Shown here piece after piece: positions 24,101 to 39,100 of a stretch of DNA of 64,000 nt (position 1 is its first letter; the number at the start of each line of letters is the position of its first letter). Made by a program: the position numbers and the translations under genes. The notes below the pieces were generated by a model. That model worked only from the letters and a program-made list of their open reading frames with translations. It had not been told where the DNA came from and made no database searches. The stretch comes from Catajapyx aquilonaris (lineage: Eukaryota), in NCBI GenBank assembly GCA_000934665.2, contig KZ538008.1:186001-250000 (forward strand), read 5' to 3'.

Positions 24101-27100
24101 AGATGTACCCTGTACATCTGCCGGCAGCAGTGTTGATCAAAATGCTGCAAGTCTAGCACTTGAGACTGAAAATCCCCGATGAAATCTGCCTGGGATCCCA
24201 AGGGATTTTCCTGATGCGATGATATCAGAGTTTCAGCGAGTCTCCTCAGATTTGGTCTAAGGGCGACACATACTTTTCAAGGGCCATCTGTTTTGCTGAG
24301 TGAGCCAGGCCGTAACTGGAGCGGCATAATAGAACTTTTCGAGACTCTATTGATGCGTGAGAGGCTTCTTTCTACCAAGTTGGAGTACGACAAAGAAATG
24401 TCGGATCGGTGCAACGCATCGCAGTCACCACCTATAGTAAAGTACTAGGCTCCGGTAGACGGAACCAAACAAAGCTGTACTGTAGAACATCAACGGTCTT
24501 GAACCGCCCGAGTAAACACTTCATATATCTACCCATCGCTGGTAATAATTTAGTTTGGCCAATCTCTTTGCTGCTTGATCTGGGGAAGCAAAAGCTGACT
24601 GGTGCTTCAAAGTTGTTATACTGTAGGTTGAAATACCGCAATTCATTGGTGAGGGGGCTCAAATTTCATGGCCCTCGAGCTAGCTTTTTACTAGCTCTCA
24701 AGTAAAATAATTTGATCCCTCATAAAATATTCAAAGCTTCACTAAATGTTGTTGTTGAAGCCTGAGGTGTTTTAATGGCTTTTCCTTGAGATATGTGCTG
24801 CATTAACCTGATGGAGTTGTACAATTTTGCACAAATTCCTGAAGGTGAAGCAGCTTCAAAATTGTTGTTATAGAGGAGGCTCGTTATTTGTTATATGACC
24901 GAAGGTATACTGTAAGCCTATTTACATATAACTGACTTTACACAGTATACGTACATCAAATAGCGTGGTCAAATTCGGAAGTCTGGAAATGCCTGTGTGA
25001 TGCCTTTGAACTATACAGCATACTTTCCATAGTTCAGGGTACGTGCTTGTTAACTAGATCCGCAAGACTCCCTTCAACAATTTTCAATAACTAGAAACCA
25101 TGCACGTCAAACAAGTTTACATTGCAAGAAGCAAGTAATTAATTGTGATTTTATTAGATATTTTCATCCTAACTGCCTCCAAAGCACCACAGCAACCTAA
25201 AGTTTCTAATGATTATCATGCTGTTTGATTTACCTTGTTGAAACTTCGGGGTTTGGGTTGCATTGAACACTTATAAATTCAAAAATAACATGTCAGCTCA
25301 AAATCAAAATTTCAGGTTGCAGTTCAGATAAAACAGGCTGGCACATGATCAAAGAGTGTTTCAGTTTCAGACCTAGTATAATGTATTCATTAAAGGAGCA
25401 ATCATGTGTCAAGCGGTGCACAGGTGGGGATACTCCACTTTGTTAGAGCCACTGATGTCAGGGCTACCAAACATTATTAAAGTTTCTAAATGAGTCCAGA
25501 GAAACTGCAATGTGATTTTCTCCTCGCGTCACGCCATGTCCAACAGTCATCAAGTCTGCAATATTGCATTATGAGAAGTTGAAAAGCCCCAGATGAAAGC
25601 CATATTGACGTTGGCTTAGCAATCATGAATGTAGCAATGCATTTTATTAAAACACTCTGAATTTCTCTTATTCGCAGACAATACTTCATTCAATTAATTC
25701 GATGCTTGTAATATTACCGCCTACTAGATTTAAGTGCATTGTTGTTGATGACCGAGGCAAGATGGCTCGCAGTCACGAAAAACCCACCACTTTTACATCC
25801 TTTTTTTCTTGATAATGGAAATGAAACAGAAGACAATGGCTCTACAAAAATCCCGTTAAAAGGCAATTTCTTCTGCCCCCGAGGCATTCTGAATATATTT
25901 ATCGCCAGCATTTGCCGTTAACTGGAAGATATAGACAAGGGGTATTAAAGTAACAGGCTGCTGCACAAGGATGACTCCGGCCTTGATAGTCTCCATATAT
26001 GAAATAACGATTATAGTGTGCAGAAGGTAGCCTGCAATTCAGTGAGATTATAGCGTGCTATTTATAACGGTGAATCGTTTGGTTGTCAACAGCAAGGAAT
26101 CGAATATATTTCAAAGCCCTGAGGTCGGAGTAAAGCCAACCTTTAGAAGCTCGACTGAAACATTTCCGCACAGACGACTTTCCGCTATTTTCAATCTGAA
26201 AAACTGAAGGCGCAACTCTAACACAGTATCCTGTAATTAAATTTCGTAGGATACACGACAGGTCTAGAGGAATATTCTATCAGACCAGGTCACAGCAAAT
26301 CCACTTTGAAAACAGCAGACAAAGTAATCGAATTCCAAGAGTACTTCACATTACTTGCTTTTTTGTGCAAATGCACATGAAAGTCAACTAGGTATTCTTT
26401 GTAGTCATATGAAAATTCAATTGACCAAGATTTCTGTGACCCTATATAGTGAGGAGCTTTTTCCTCACCAGGGCCACCTTACGCTTCTTATTCTCAATAC
26501 ATGTTACAGAAAACACATTTAGCAACATGGGAAGCAATTCAGACACAAATGTAATTGTGAAGTCAATAATCATAGTATGAGGTGATAACCATGAAGATAA
26601 ACTAAGACTCGAGCTTTTCTCTTTAAATTGAAAGAGATTACCATTGCCTCGCTGCATCCAAATTCAACAGGGCAGGCCCTACGTGGCTTTATCGGACGAG
26701 TCTCATTTTGAAGCGATCCTTATTTGCATTTGAAATCTGCTGGGAAAGTAGTGGACTAAAATGATTCTGCCGGAGGGAACAGGGGTTATTTTCGCCCACT
26801 GCTGTGTCAGAGTATCAGATAGGACCGCTGGGGGGGAGGAAAAAAATAGAGACCGGAAAAAAACAACGATGATTCTACTGCAGCTAGAATATCAGCAAGG
26901 CAAATTACTTCAACAGTCGTCCTTTTTTGCGCGGATTTTTAACCCTCTAATTTTCGATAAAGCTCGCAGCCCGTGTGATTCAATTTGCTCATGATTTTGC
27001 TCTGTGTAATGTGGTGCAAGTGCAACCACATCAAAAATAATTTATAGCTTCATAACTGGATATGCAACATTCAAAGTTTGCGATTTATTCACATGAAATA

Positions 27101-30100
27101 GCATCTGAAATCATTACAGATGAAAAATGATGCTAATTAGTTCTTTTATGAAATCGTAATTTTACACCTGAGTCAACGCGATATTTACACAGTGGGTCTC
27201 TAAAGTCGTATTGTTTTCAAAATTGCAAGGGGCGATGGAGTTCTAGGAAACTCTGTCTCCTGTCATCGATCTAGGCTACCCCCGAGACTCCTGCAACATC
27301 TGGCTGTATAGCACATTTACTGCCATAAAGTAGCTGGAAAAGAAGTCACAAAATCCACTGGAGTGCCCGGCAGCAACAAAAAACACCCAAAAATCTTGTG
27401 CACCGGTGAATGAGGCAAATGTGGCCTTGGACTAATTTTAATCTATGACTTGGCACATTCCAACATTAATGTTAATTTAACTTAATTTTAAAACAGCTAG
27501 AAGGCGGTAAATCTGTACGCAGTATACATATTCTAATATTGGCACAGATTTGGGCCAGCGTGCTCCACTTTTTTATAGCTCCGCATTCGCGATAACAGTG
27601 CTGATGCCATTGGTCCTTGACTCCAGAAAAAGGAGGCTACGAAGATAGACGAAAACGGGAAAAACATTGGCAGGTCACGAGATATCCTAGATTGATGGCG
27701 ACACTCGCTTCGCCGATCGACATTCAGGACACAGAAACACTTTGACAATGCCAATGTCCCAGAGGACAAAAAAAAAGCTTTACCCAATTACCACGAAAAA
27801 CGCCAACTCAAATCCAGCCTGGTCCACTCAGCTTGTTGTAACTTTACACCACAGCCCCATCCTCAAACAATGCCCATTAATAACAATCCTTCGCAAGATC
27901 CCCCTGAAAATAGCGGTTTACAGCCATGGGTCCATTCAAAAACGAGGACTAATGCTTACTTCCCGGAAGAAGAGAAACTTTAGTGACACTTTTATTACCC
28001 AGTTCCATAAAGAGATGGAAACTTAAGGGTATCAGCTGGGGCATCTTCCGGACACCAACCCCGCAGGGCGTAGATGCTCCTTTTTTTTCTACCATCTCCT
28101 TTTCTTTCTCTTTCCTTTTCCTTGGCCCCTCCCCTTCCACAGTCTCTTCTCTCCAGCCCAAAGAAATCTCATTGCTGGAGTCAGCGAACATTTCCACCCA
28201 ACGCCGAAGAAAACTGGTCCGCCATTCTATCTGGCCCGAGACTCTAAAATGTGCTATTTTCTTTCGAAGGTGTCCACCCGGATAGTTGGTCTGGCTTAGA
28301 AAGATGCTGCTAGAGAATGAATTGCTCCTTCCGTGTACATACAAAACCCAGACTATTTCGGAATGTGATACAAAGTAGTTTGTCTGCACTGTATAAGACG
28401 ATAGAGTCAAAAAAAAAGGCTACAGTTCTTTAAACCAAAGAACGATCTGACGTCACACCAGTGAGGATAATTCCAGGATAATTCCGGGGTCGCTTCCGTA
28501 CAATAGGCCACAGCCGCTTCCTTCCTTTCCTATCCTTGGCCACATCTATGTGAAGAAAAACCTAATGGAGAGCAGATTCTCCCAAATAATATAAATATAA
28601 ATAAATAAATAATAAAAATTTTAAATTAAATATTCATCCTCCATATGTAAAAATCCTAAACCACATCAGTTGTGTAAATTACATGCTTTTTTCATTTGAT
28701 TCTGGTCTCATATTGCATTTCCTAGATTAAATCCGGCTCATCCGATTCCATTTCCACTCTGGTCGTGCAGGGCACGCATACAAAAGGTTGTAATCCGCGG
28801 AAAGTAACATGCAGGAGGTAACTTCATTAGTCATTTGCACCTGTTTCGCCTGCAAGGCTCAAACCCACACTGGCTATTGCTGACGTAACTGCGCCATATC
28901 CGCCTACATAACTTTTTTCGTAAAAAAACTAACAAAAACATGCACTCAAAAATAAATGTTATGGAAGAATCAGCTGAGAATGGGCTAACTTAAGCATCAT
29001 CCATAAATCTGAGAACTAGGTTTTCCCTCCGTAGAGAAGTTCCTCTCCACAGAGTTTAAATTATGCAGAGAGTACTTTGCAAAAATCGATGCGGCCTCTT
29101 AGCTTTATTTCGCCCTGTCATTAAAAATGATAATAGCTCGTCGTGTAAGGCCACGTTAGTTAGTCATGAAGTCTGCCGAAACGCATTTCGCGACCAACTA
29201 ATCACTGCGTCTTTCATGCGGAATATCAGCCTACTGTTTATGTGACATGAAAAAACATACACAATGAAAATACGTCAAAACGTCAAAAAAACCGCACATT
29301 GACCCTAAAAGTCACCACGATAGGCAAACATAGCGACACTCCCCTCCAATCGAGTGGACAGATTGACAAATAATAGGAAATCAATAAGTCATTGGAATCA
29401 CCTCTATTAACAAGGTTTAATTTGCATGCGGTATCGATGCTCGGTTCCAGTCAGACGTCACACGAAACTGGAATTAATTTTCCAATTGAGCAAAAGTTTG
29501 TGCCCAAAGTTTTCCATACCAGATGTCAAATTCTCTCTGCAAAGAGGTAAACTATGCGAAAATGGAAAGGTAGAGATTGTTAAAGGAAGGGAATATATTA
29601 AACGAAAATGTACATGTAAAATTCATTCCATCATCGCCAAAGGAAAAAAGGCTTTTCTGAAAATCGCTTGCTTCTCCATGTATGATAATTTGCTTTTCCA
29701 TTCACTTTTTGGGGGGTTTGCCTTGAAAGAAATGTATCGCCAAAAGGAGGTTATTGCACCGGAAATCCAATATTTGAAGCAATGTGTGGTAAGAGTCTAG
29801 CGATCGGAGAGATTAAGGTGGAAACAGCTTGCCCTCGATACAGTCAAGTAAAAAAACTCCATAAATCTGAGCGACTGTGATTTATTGACCCTTTTTTTGC
29901 CATCTATTTCGGACATGCGGCTTTTTATGTGAGCAGCCACCCAAAAAATGTGTCCTGAAATAGCAAATTCATTGACCGATTTGAGTTCAATGGTGCACAA
30001 TTTTAACCACAAATGTAATCGAAATTGGTTTTAAACGCAACGAAAATTACTCGAGAACAATCACCCATAACCTGAATAAAGGCCAAAATATTGGGTGAAA

Positions 30101-33100
30101 ATCGCTCAAAATGGAAAAAAAAGTGCAATTTAAAGAAAAGCCTCAGAAATAAATGAGTTTTTTTTGGCCCTGACACGGAATTCAATATTGTCTCAATATT
30201 TCTGAGTGATACAGTACACACAATATTTTAGAGTGTACGGAACAAGTACACTCAAGTTGTTTCAGTATACAATACCTTGTTTCAATTTTCATTCCAGAAG
30301 TGTGTGATTCCAGACCTGAAGGCTTGGAAGCAGCCTTGTCTGCCATTTCGACCCCAGAAGTGGACGTGGTGGTGGCATCCATTCCATCTGAAGGATGCGA
30401 AGCTGCCGGAGCATTAGCCAGGTCAAAGGCCAAGCCATTTCTGACCTGGTCTTGCGGGGCGAAATCAGTTAGCGGCTCAGGCTGGATCCAGATGGCGCCT
30501 AGGGTTTCCGACACAGCTGAAGCACTTCTGAACCTCTTTACCCACTTCAAATGGGTCTCGGGCGCTATCGTTGCTGAAGGTAAATGCCAAAAACCGGTTC
30601 GTCAGCTGTCGACTGGAAAGTATAACCAATCAGATTAACTGGGTTTTTTTTTCGCCATTTTGAGCTGACTGCAATTTCCCGCTCCAGGGCCCAAAAATGG
30701 CGCCGAGCGCTGCTGAGGAAAGCTCTTTGATCTCGGTCGACTCATATTATAGACACTTGCCGTGATTGTAAATCAGTGTCGGAAACAAAGTTCCTTGCAG
30801 CTTTGACAATAATGGAATGTTCGGGTTTGAAAAAGCTTCATGTCAATTTGGACGAAATGAACTTCCATCCGCCCAACAACTACCTAAAGTGTCCTGGTGT
30901 TTAATCTTTAAAAAATTTTCAAATATGGTAGCCAAATTGTTATTCTAATGACTGCTAGTCCATTGGAGAATACCAACCACAGCCATCATAAACTTAATGT
31001 GGATTTCTCATTATGCAATTAATTTAAAGCTATCAGATGAAACATGATCCATGTTTACAGATAGGGATGAAAGCGAAACCTTGACCTGATGCACTGAGGA
31101 GTTGCTCATAAACACGTCGCCATAGTTATGGGTTCAAGTGGACGGAATAATGTAACCACAGGGAGAGCTTTGTGTGACACCTAATGTTTAACATTGCTAA
31201 TCAGTTAAGCTAGATTCGAATGTGAGCCTATACCTACCTCAAATAGACAATAAAACTAGTCAAAAACATTGCGGACAAGCGACAGGGCATACTCAAAATT
31301 ACAGCTTGTTAGTTAGTTGTGCAAAAGTTAAAATGAAAACATGTCACAAATGACCTACATTTGGATAGCAACGGACAGAAAATCGTTTTATTCAACATCT
31401 GTTATCGACTACCGTATACCGACATTTAAAAACGCAATGTTTCGCACTCGCACAGCCGTAAGCAATGAGCAATTACGTTTAAAACCTCAACTGTTTCCAT
31501 ATTAGTCCTCCACTGCGTACAGCTTGAATTTCACCAAAGCAAAGCACTATACCTAAATCCACATTTGGGGTTCTTTCGCGAAACTAACCCTTTCACCGAC
31601 ATTAGGCTCCGAAACGAAAGCAATGTACGCGAAAATGAAACTATAAACAACCTAAAATGGCGCATAGTCTCCGAGCCAAAATATTTCATTGTAATTTTTG
31701 TCTCTCCAAATTCTTTCGCGTCACCTTCATAAATCCAACGTAATGAATTAAGAGTTATATTGCTTGAGGTCGCACTCTCACCACACGTTTATGAAATCTG
31801 ACTTTTAATGGAGGAAGATACTAAAAGTGTGCCAGGGAGCAACCAGAGCATTTTCACACATAAATATGGAACATTACTTGTGCAATACCAGGTGGTGGGT
31901 AACTCCAGTAAATAGCATTAATTATCAAATGGGATATCGAAATGATCACGGGGGCCAATATGCCGGGGGCGAAAAGTCCGAGACCCACTGTACGTATGGC
32001 ACAATAACAATGGAATGAAAGTTGACGTCATTCCGAATTCGAAAATATCGCAGTGTAAACAAGTTCTCTCGGACAGTTAGCCAAATTCGAGCATTACGGC
32101 GACTTCGAACATTAGCGTTGGAAAATGCTGGCTTGAAAAATTGCGCATGCCATGTCAGAATGTAATTTGGCAAGTGAAATCAGGAAGCATTATTAGCTCG
32201 CTGAGGATGAATCGGGAAATTAGCGTCCAATTTTACCCGCCCGTGTAGCTCTGCAAAAGGCTCACATGAAATCCACCGGACAAAAAAAAAACCCTGACCA
32301 TTGTGTGATTGATGCTTGTTAGTTTCGCGCATTGAGTGCAGCAATTGAATAATCATTTTTTTCAGGCTACCTTTTTTGAGTACGGTAATAGAAGTATGGC
32401 ATTGAGTCTGTGAAATAATAAGCAATGTGTTTTAAACTTCCCTTTTATGCATAACGCAAATCCAATTATGAATGAGGAGTGTTTTAATGATTAAAATCGC
32501 ATTATCCACTCTACAGTCTAACAACTCTAATGGTTCAAAATTGTTTAAAGTAGGAAGTTCGAACAATATAATTTTTACAGCTAAAGCAATTAATTCGGCA
32601 ACAACACAAATAATTGTACACAATCATTAAAATCAAGACGATAATAACCCGATGCCCAAGTCTTACATTTAGTTTTGTAGAATAATGAATTTGAAACAAG
32701 TAAGGTAAAACATGACATCGCATTGTCATTTAATAAATAATAAGCCGCATCTCCCAAAAACAAACATGACACTTGGATATCCTGTCATTTTGTTCATTTG
32801 AACAATTAACTTGTGAACTTCATAAGTTATAAATAGGGTTCGTTAAAATGATTCCGCAATTTTGAATAAACCCACTCTCTCAAACTCCGCAAATAAATTT
32901 ACTGTACATTATAATGAATAACATTTTTTAATTACGTGATTGCCTAATGTCCCAATCCCTAATGTACTGTATATTCAAAATTGAGGAAATGTATGCTGTA
33001 CTCTATTTCAGTTCTAGGAATATTACTGCAACAGCATCCAAATTTGATGCTTGCATTTCGCATTGTACTATGGCGTAGTAGAGAGGCACAAAGCCATTGT

Positions 33101-36100
33101 TAATGCCCTTTGCATTTGTTAACATTACGCATATTGTATAATTAAACTTCACCGACTTTCTTCCACAATGGCTCATAGCAGAATCTGAGTTTGCTGGTTG
33201 TATTGCTTTGTGCCAAACTTCCTCCATTGTTTAGTGTACTCGACCCCCTCATTAGGCAACGCTCCTAACCTTACTGTCCCTGAATATATCAATTAAAATT
33301 TTGAGGCTTGTTCGGAGCAGACGAGCGCAAATGAACTTAACTTTCCTCATGCAGGGAGCTTTTTTTTACCTTAAGTTGGGTCTTTGCCTTGTCCTTAATT
33401 TTAAACAAAAACTCGAGCTGTAGACTGCAAGAGTTACATCAATGTCAAAGCTAAACCAACACTGCCTCTTGGAATACATTATTTGTCGATACTCGCCAGA
33501 TATAGTTCTAAAAGAGTGACGTTTTGAATAAACTGTTGTGACCTTATAGCTATATGAAATCAAATTTTTAGCCTGTCACTTCCTGACATTCATGACGCCT
33601 GCTTCAAAATGACAGGTTTCGACTAATATAAATTTAGTTCAGGTCACTAGCAATGCATACGAACCTATCTATTCTGAAAAGTGCTTCACCTGTATATATG
33701 AAATTTCCTTATAGATTCTGCTTGGGGCCGAGAAGTGTGCTGGCAACTGGAACTGGCGTTACGGAGGCAAGAAAAATTGTTGGAAGCTTCAGTGTGGATC
33801 AAAGAGGGAAGTAGTGCATCAGAAGTTGAAGCTAGCTTTCATAAATTGAGTAACACCGCTGCTTCAGGTAAGACCTTGTCACATGCTATAGTAAGCAGAG
33901 TTTGAACATTGGTATAAGAGTGGAACGTCAATGGTCGGTGTTGTATGCATTTCATATATTATTAATTCTAGTCTCATGATAATACCATGTGACCATAACG
34001 GTAATAAAATCTTGAATAAGTTCTTATGGCCTTAGGAGCTATTAGAAGCTGCCGAAACTATAACGACTAAAATATGCCTATTATACTAAAATAGCACAGT
34101 AAAAGTTCCTTACCTCATAATTAGAACAGTTTGTGCAAAGTGTTCAGAGAATTGCATGCTTTTATCAGCCAAAAGGCTTACATGGTCATGAGACTATGAT
34201 GCTGGATATGCAGATATACAGTAAGTTCTTCCCAAAAAGCACTGAGGCAAAGCACACTCAGCAGTTTCTTCTTACGGAACTTAGAAGCCAGAGAAACCCG
34301 AGGGAGAAACATATGCTATGAAAACAGTAATGCATGCCATCTTTGCACAAAAGAGCGCTATTAAAACACAGGTAATGCAAAAGTTCAAACCATCCGGTAT
34401 ACGGTATATTTTCCATGTAGTTAGCAATTTTAGTCGACTGAATGTACCCGCACGTTTCCCTTGGGTTTCCCTTAAATAAATCACCCATCTCGTACTCCGT
34501 ATATTTTTGTTCATAAAATATTGCAGTTTACCAGGTGGTGTATACTGTCCAAATCTCCAATTCAAGGGGTGTGCAGGTGACAAGTTATCATTCAAAGCCA
34601 CAATCGCGACTAGTGCAATGTGGCCCCATCTTTCTTATTCCACTTGGCTGCTTCTCTTTAAATTGGTTGTTGTGGTAAACAACCTATAACTTGAACTGGT
34701 AACTTTGATGATCATGATTATGATGATGAAGAACAGGGAGAAACATCACAAATGAATTTCGCTCAAATCTCAGCAACATCACCGCTCACATCAAAACAAC
34801 TAGTAAAAATACACCAAATTAAAATTTCGTTATTGCATCTGCATCTGCCAGATACACAAAAAATGTAGGCTCAGCTCAACAAAGCAGTACGCGCACTGCA
34901 TGCCCTAGGCAACATTAGGCCCAGTTTTAAAAATAAACCGCCTTCCTCTGCACTGTGCTGCATCAAAATTCTAATATCCACCCGCCAAATAGACTCGCCA
35001 TTTTGGTTAGAAAAATTGTCTCCTAGACTGAATTGGGCGAATCTTCAGGGCGGGGAATGGACGTGGGGGTTGATCGACGTTCGAATGTCGGAACAAATCC
35101 TTCCATCAGAGCAAGTCTGAATGATCGCACTTGGCCGTCTCCCTGAGTCTCCGAATCCAATTACAGCCGGCGGCGCCTTGATAATCGTTATGTCTGCGAT
35201 GAGAATAGAGAAAGTCGCTGGGCTAGAGATAAGAGATTGCTGGCTGACGCTGAATGCTTGGGGAAGGGTATTTTGTGCTGACCTAGGCTGCCTGGATGCA
35301 CATCACATGCACCAGATGCTACCAGGGAGCCTCTCGTGGCCATGCCAGATTGCGGAGGCCTTGAGTCCAGATTAAACCTATATCGCCGTTTGCTATGTAA
35401 ATTGGCGGCACCTTCTCAGAACCAGATGCTCATTTGTATAGTGGAAAGAAACGCAGGGTCTGCTTTGCATTGTTGATGCGAATGAGGGCGTTAGGGCAAT
35501 CATGGCGTAACAGGGCAGAATAATGTGGTGGGTATGCATTGACAGTGAATGAGGGATGAAAGGGATTGCATAAAATATTTGCTCCGATGTGAGTGAAAAA
35601 TTCATCAAAATTAATGTTACTATAAACTAACAAATTATCACACGTTCATATCTAAACATATTATGTACTCTTTCCTTTTCTTTAAGCCAATTAGTTCCAT
35701 TCAGTAAGTACATTAAGTCTGTTAACTACTGAGCTGGACTACAAAGACAACGAGTAAACTTTCGGTTAATCGCATCAGGGAACTGAGTAGAATTATTTCC
35801 CTCGAGCGTGAGTTTCCTTCTCTTATCGGAAGAAATCACATGGGGCCGAGTCTTTTCTTCTGGTTGGAACGAAAACAGATATGGCAAAGAATATTAATCT
35901 TACATCTAGTACTGTCAAGAGCTAATAACTTGGTACTGTACATAACTGACAATATAGGGAGTGGGGTATAGCATTGCTTTCATCTTTTAAATGCTATGCC
36001 TGCTGCACACTATACTCCTTCGTGCATGACGTAGTTAGTTTCGCTTTATCTACAAAGGAAGTCAGACACTTCAAAAGGAAGCTCAAAATGAATATTTACT

Positions 36101-39100
36101 CATAATTCAGAACTCTTGTAGGATGGCTACTTAACTTAATTTGAATGTTAAGAATCATTAGGAAGCTGGTTCTCTAACTTCAGGCATATCTATTTACTAA
36201 AGCATGGTCCTATATAGTAGGCCTACCTGACAACCCACTTTAAAACTTTAAATTAAATGTAGCAATTTCACCAATGTTGAACAAACGCGATTCCCTCTTT
36301 TCATCAACACTAAATCATCACAATCCCCAATAATAACAAAACAGAGATGATCGCTTATTATTATTATTATGCAGTTATCAGCAAAATATTTTTTGCGAGG
36401 TAAATTTACTGGGGCCCCATTAAACTATTCATTGAATGTATACACATAATTAATAGTCTATCAAAATCCAGAATCTCCCACACTGTAATGTTTGACATGA
36501 TTAGCATGCGTTTAATGACTGAATATCCGACATTATCGCACAATACGACAGCACTGCCCAAATAAACAAGCACGACATAACAAGTGAACAAACTACATTA
36601 TTGCATTTCTATTGTCCTTGATATTCGTTTTTATCCGGTAGTACACACACACGGCAAAGCAGCGTCACACAAATATTTATCTTCCTCGTGGGCATCCTTA
36701 TATTGCTGATTTCTACACGGGATGCGCAATTTCTAGCAAAATCACTAAAATAAAGGCCAAGAATGTAAAGAGACGACAGTTGATGTGCAAATACCACTCT
36801 GTATTTAATAATATGTAAACCGCCAACATTCGCTATAATAGGCCATGTAGAGTTGCAGGAAACTAATATTTGACGTTGCTAATGATGCATCTCGCAAAGC
36901 CAGAAACGTCAAGTTGATTTAAATTCGCGGCTTTNNNNCCCCCCCCCCCCCTTCCCCCCAAAAAACTCCAGCTTTTTCCCAATACCTACGTGATTGCGCT
37001 AATTTATCCGAACACAAAATAATTTCTCTTACCCCTCGGTCAAGCTAAATTAATTTCCATTAGCAGTATTTGTTTTGGTATGCAAAGCGACAGCAGAATT
37101 TCGTCTCATTACAGGGATTCACTCATCCGCGAATAGTGCAAAAGCGCAAGTGCCAATTTACAGCTGAATTCTCGCCTTATAATACTATTGACATACAAGG
37201 TCAATTTTAATTATAGTTCCAAATATACCATTACACGATGTTAACTTTGTGGACAGTGCGGTTTACAAAAAAGTGAAAGCTTTGCACTACGGCTAAACTG
37301 GTAAACAGTTCCATCCACATAATTACCTTTGACATATATAACCGTGCAGTATAAGTAAGCGTATAGATAACATTTGGGCCATTATATTGACAGTGGCTTA
37401 ACGACACTAACTGTTCACCTCTCACACCAAATGTTTTGCTATTAGCGTAGTTTAACATCCGCATTGCATGATACATGTTTAATTTGTCATTCGATACCTC
37501 GTGATAGATCTGTGGCCATATTTTATTCAATATAACTGATTTTGCCTCATGAATTCTTAATTTTTAGTTCAATCCCGTCAGCTGCTGTTAAGCTTGTTGA
37601 TCAAAGTCTCTTTGCAATAGTCACGAGAGATTTCGAAATGAAAGCCTGTTAAATCCCCCTTCTCACTTCGCAGGTATAGTCCCTGCTTTCACGTAATTAC
37701 AGGCTACAACCTGCAACCTAGAAACACTTCTGCCACATTCAAATAACGGTTCAAAAGAGCCGCCTTTCGAAATCGACTTCTGCACCACCCCAATTAGTCT
37801 CCTAACCAATCCCCTACTCTCCAAGTGTCCTTCAATTTCCTTTGTGAAATCAGGCTACCGTTATGACTTCCTTTAAGAGTGTCCTCAAAAGTTCTAAGGT
37901 AATTACTTCCAAGAATCACCGATAGTAATTATTGTGCCTGGATGCACCCATCCCCACCCATATGAAGGTAATATTTCACACCACTTTGCATGTTTTATCC
38001 AAAGGAGAGGAATCAACTCGCAGAAAAGCCGAGCTCCGCGGTTTTGTCGATATCGGTGGCTCTCGTTTCCCCTTGCCTCTACGAACATCCTGATCCATTA
38101 TTCGCAAATGAGAGTACCCCCAACCTGCGCAGCACCCTACCCCCTTGCCCCTACCAAATCGAGCTCTCATTTACAGCTCTCATCCCAGTAGGTCCGGGTT
38201 TTTTTCTTCTTCTATGCCATACTCGCATTAACCTCTGGAATTAAAATAGCTCTCACAATTTCCTGGGCTTAAACCAACGTCTGTCTATGCTGCGGAAATA
38301 TAAGCCTGAGGGAATAACAGGGATCATATTGCAGGGGATGACGAGTGAAGTAATTAGTGAAAAGCGGAGTAAATGGTGTAGTTTTATGTGTGATGAAGCG
38401 GAATTTGGAGGGTGTGGATCATTTTTTGGAACCAGAAGGTGACTTATGCTATGGCGAAAAATGCGTCAAATGGGCCATGAATGTGTCAGTTTTGTGGCTT
38501 TCGGACTGTCCAGGGAAATTAAAAGTTACTACTGTGGCTGTGCTTGTAGCTTATATTAATCTGGTTGGAAAATGCATTTATTATAACTCCCTTTTCCTGC
38601 ACTTCAGAGCAATATACTGCTTGTCAAATTTTTTCAACCAAACATATCCTGGCATCTAGGTAACATGCTTATCATTAGTGTCAGATCCTGAAGATAACGT
38701 ACGTTACAATTTGTACAAAAAAAGTGAAGTAAAACCCTTGCGAGTAGAGAGTTTAAATTTTGCATATGTGAAGCTGTAATCTGCATGAAGCGAAGAGATT
38801 CTTAATGCAGATCTAGGGGTCGGTTCGCCATGTTTGGAATGTTAACGCGCCTTTATTCATGATTTATAGCCCAATGTGGGAATAGAGGGCAAAGAGAATG
38901 GAGGTCAAATAAAATAGGATCCGGCCAAGCGTCCTCCCTGGAGCCAAGGAAATAGCGTTGTGTGTATTTAACCCTTACAACGCCGGATCTCCTCCCAAGA
39001 CACATTGCCACTGGAAAGGGTTTCTGAACCTTCCCATTTCCTCTTTCCCAATCAACAGTATAGTGTCGTCCTCTGGTCACTGACGTTGCCTTTTGTGGAT

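Noticed and set aside
23927..24114. CAGGGTG...TACCCTGTA mariner-like MITE
   Set aside because: Only 6-7 bp of terminal match, and no TA directly at the left end.
24305..24430. LINE RT C-terminal motif (RP.LE...VQR)
   Set aside because: Spacing is wrong, there are stops and similarity is too weak.
12150..30297. Nested protein-coding gene within the 18-kb first intron
   Set aside because: No chain of phase-compatible exons or known domain was found on either strand by eye; small or non-coding nested genes cannot be excluded.
27189..31991. 12-bp inverted match ACAGTGGGTCTC as TIRs of a 4.8-kb transposon
   Set aside because: It would enclose a genuine cyclase exon, and 12-bp matches are expected by chance in 64 kb.
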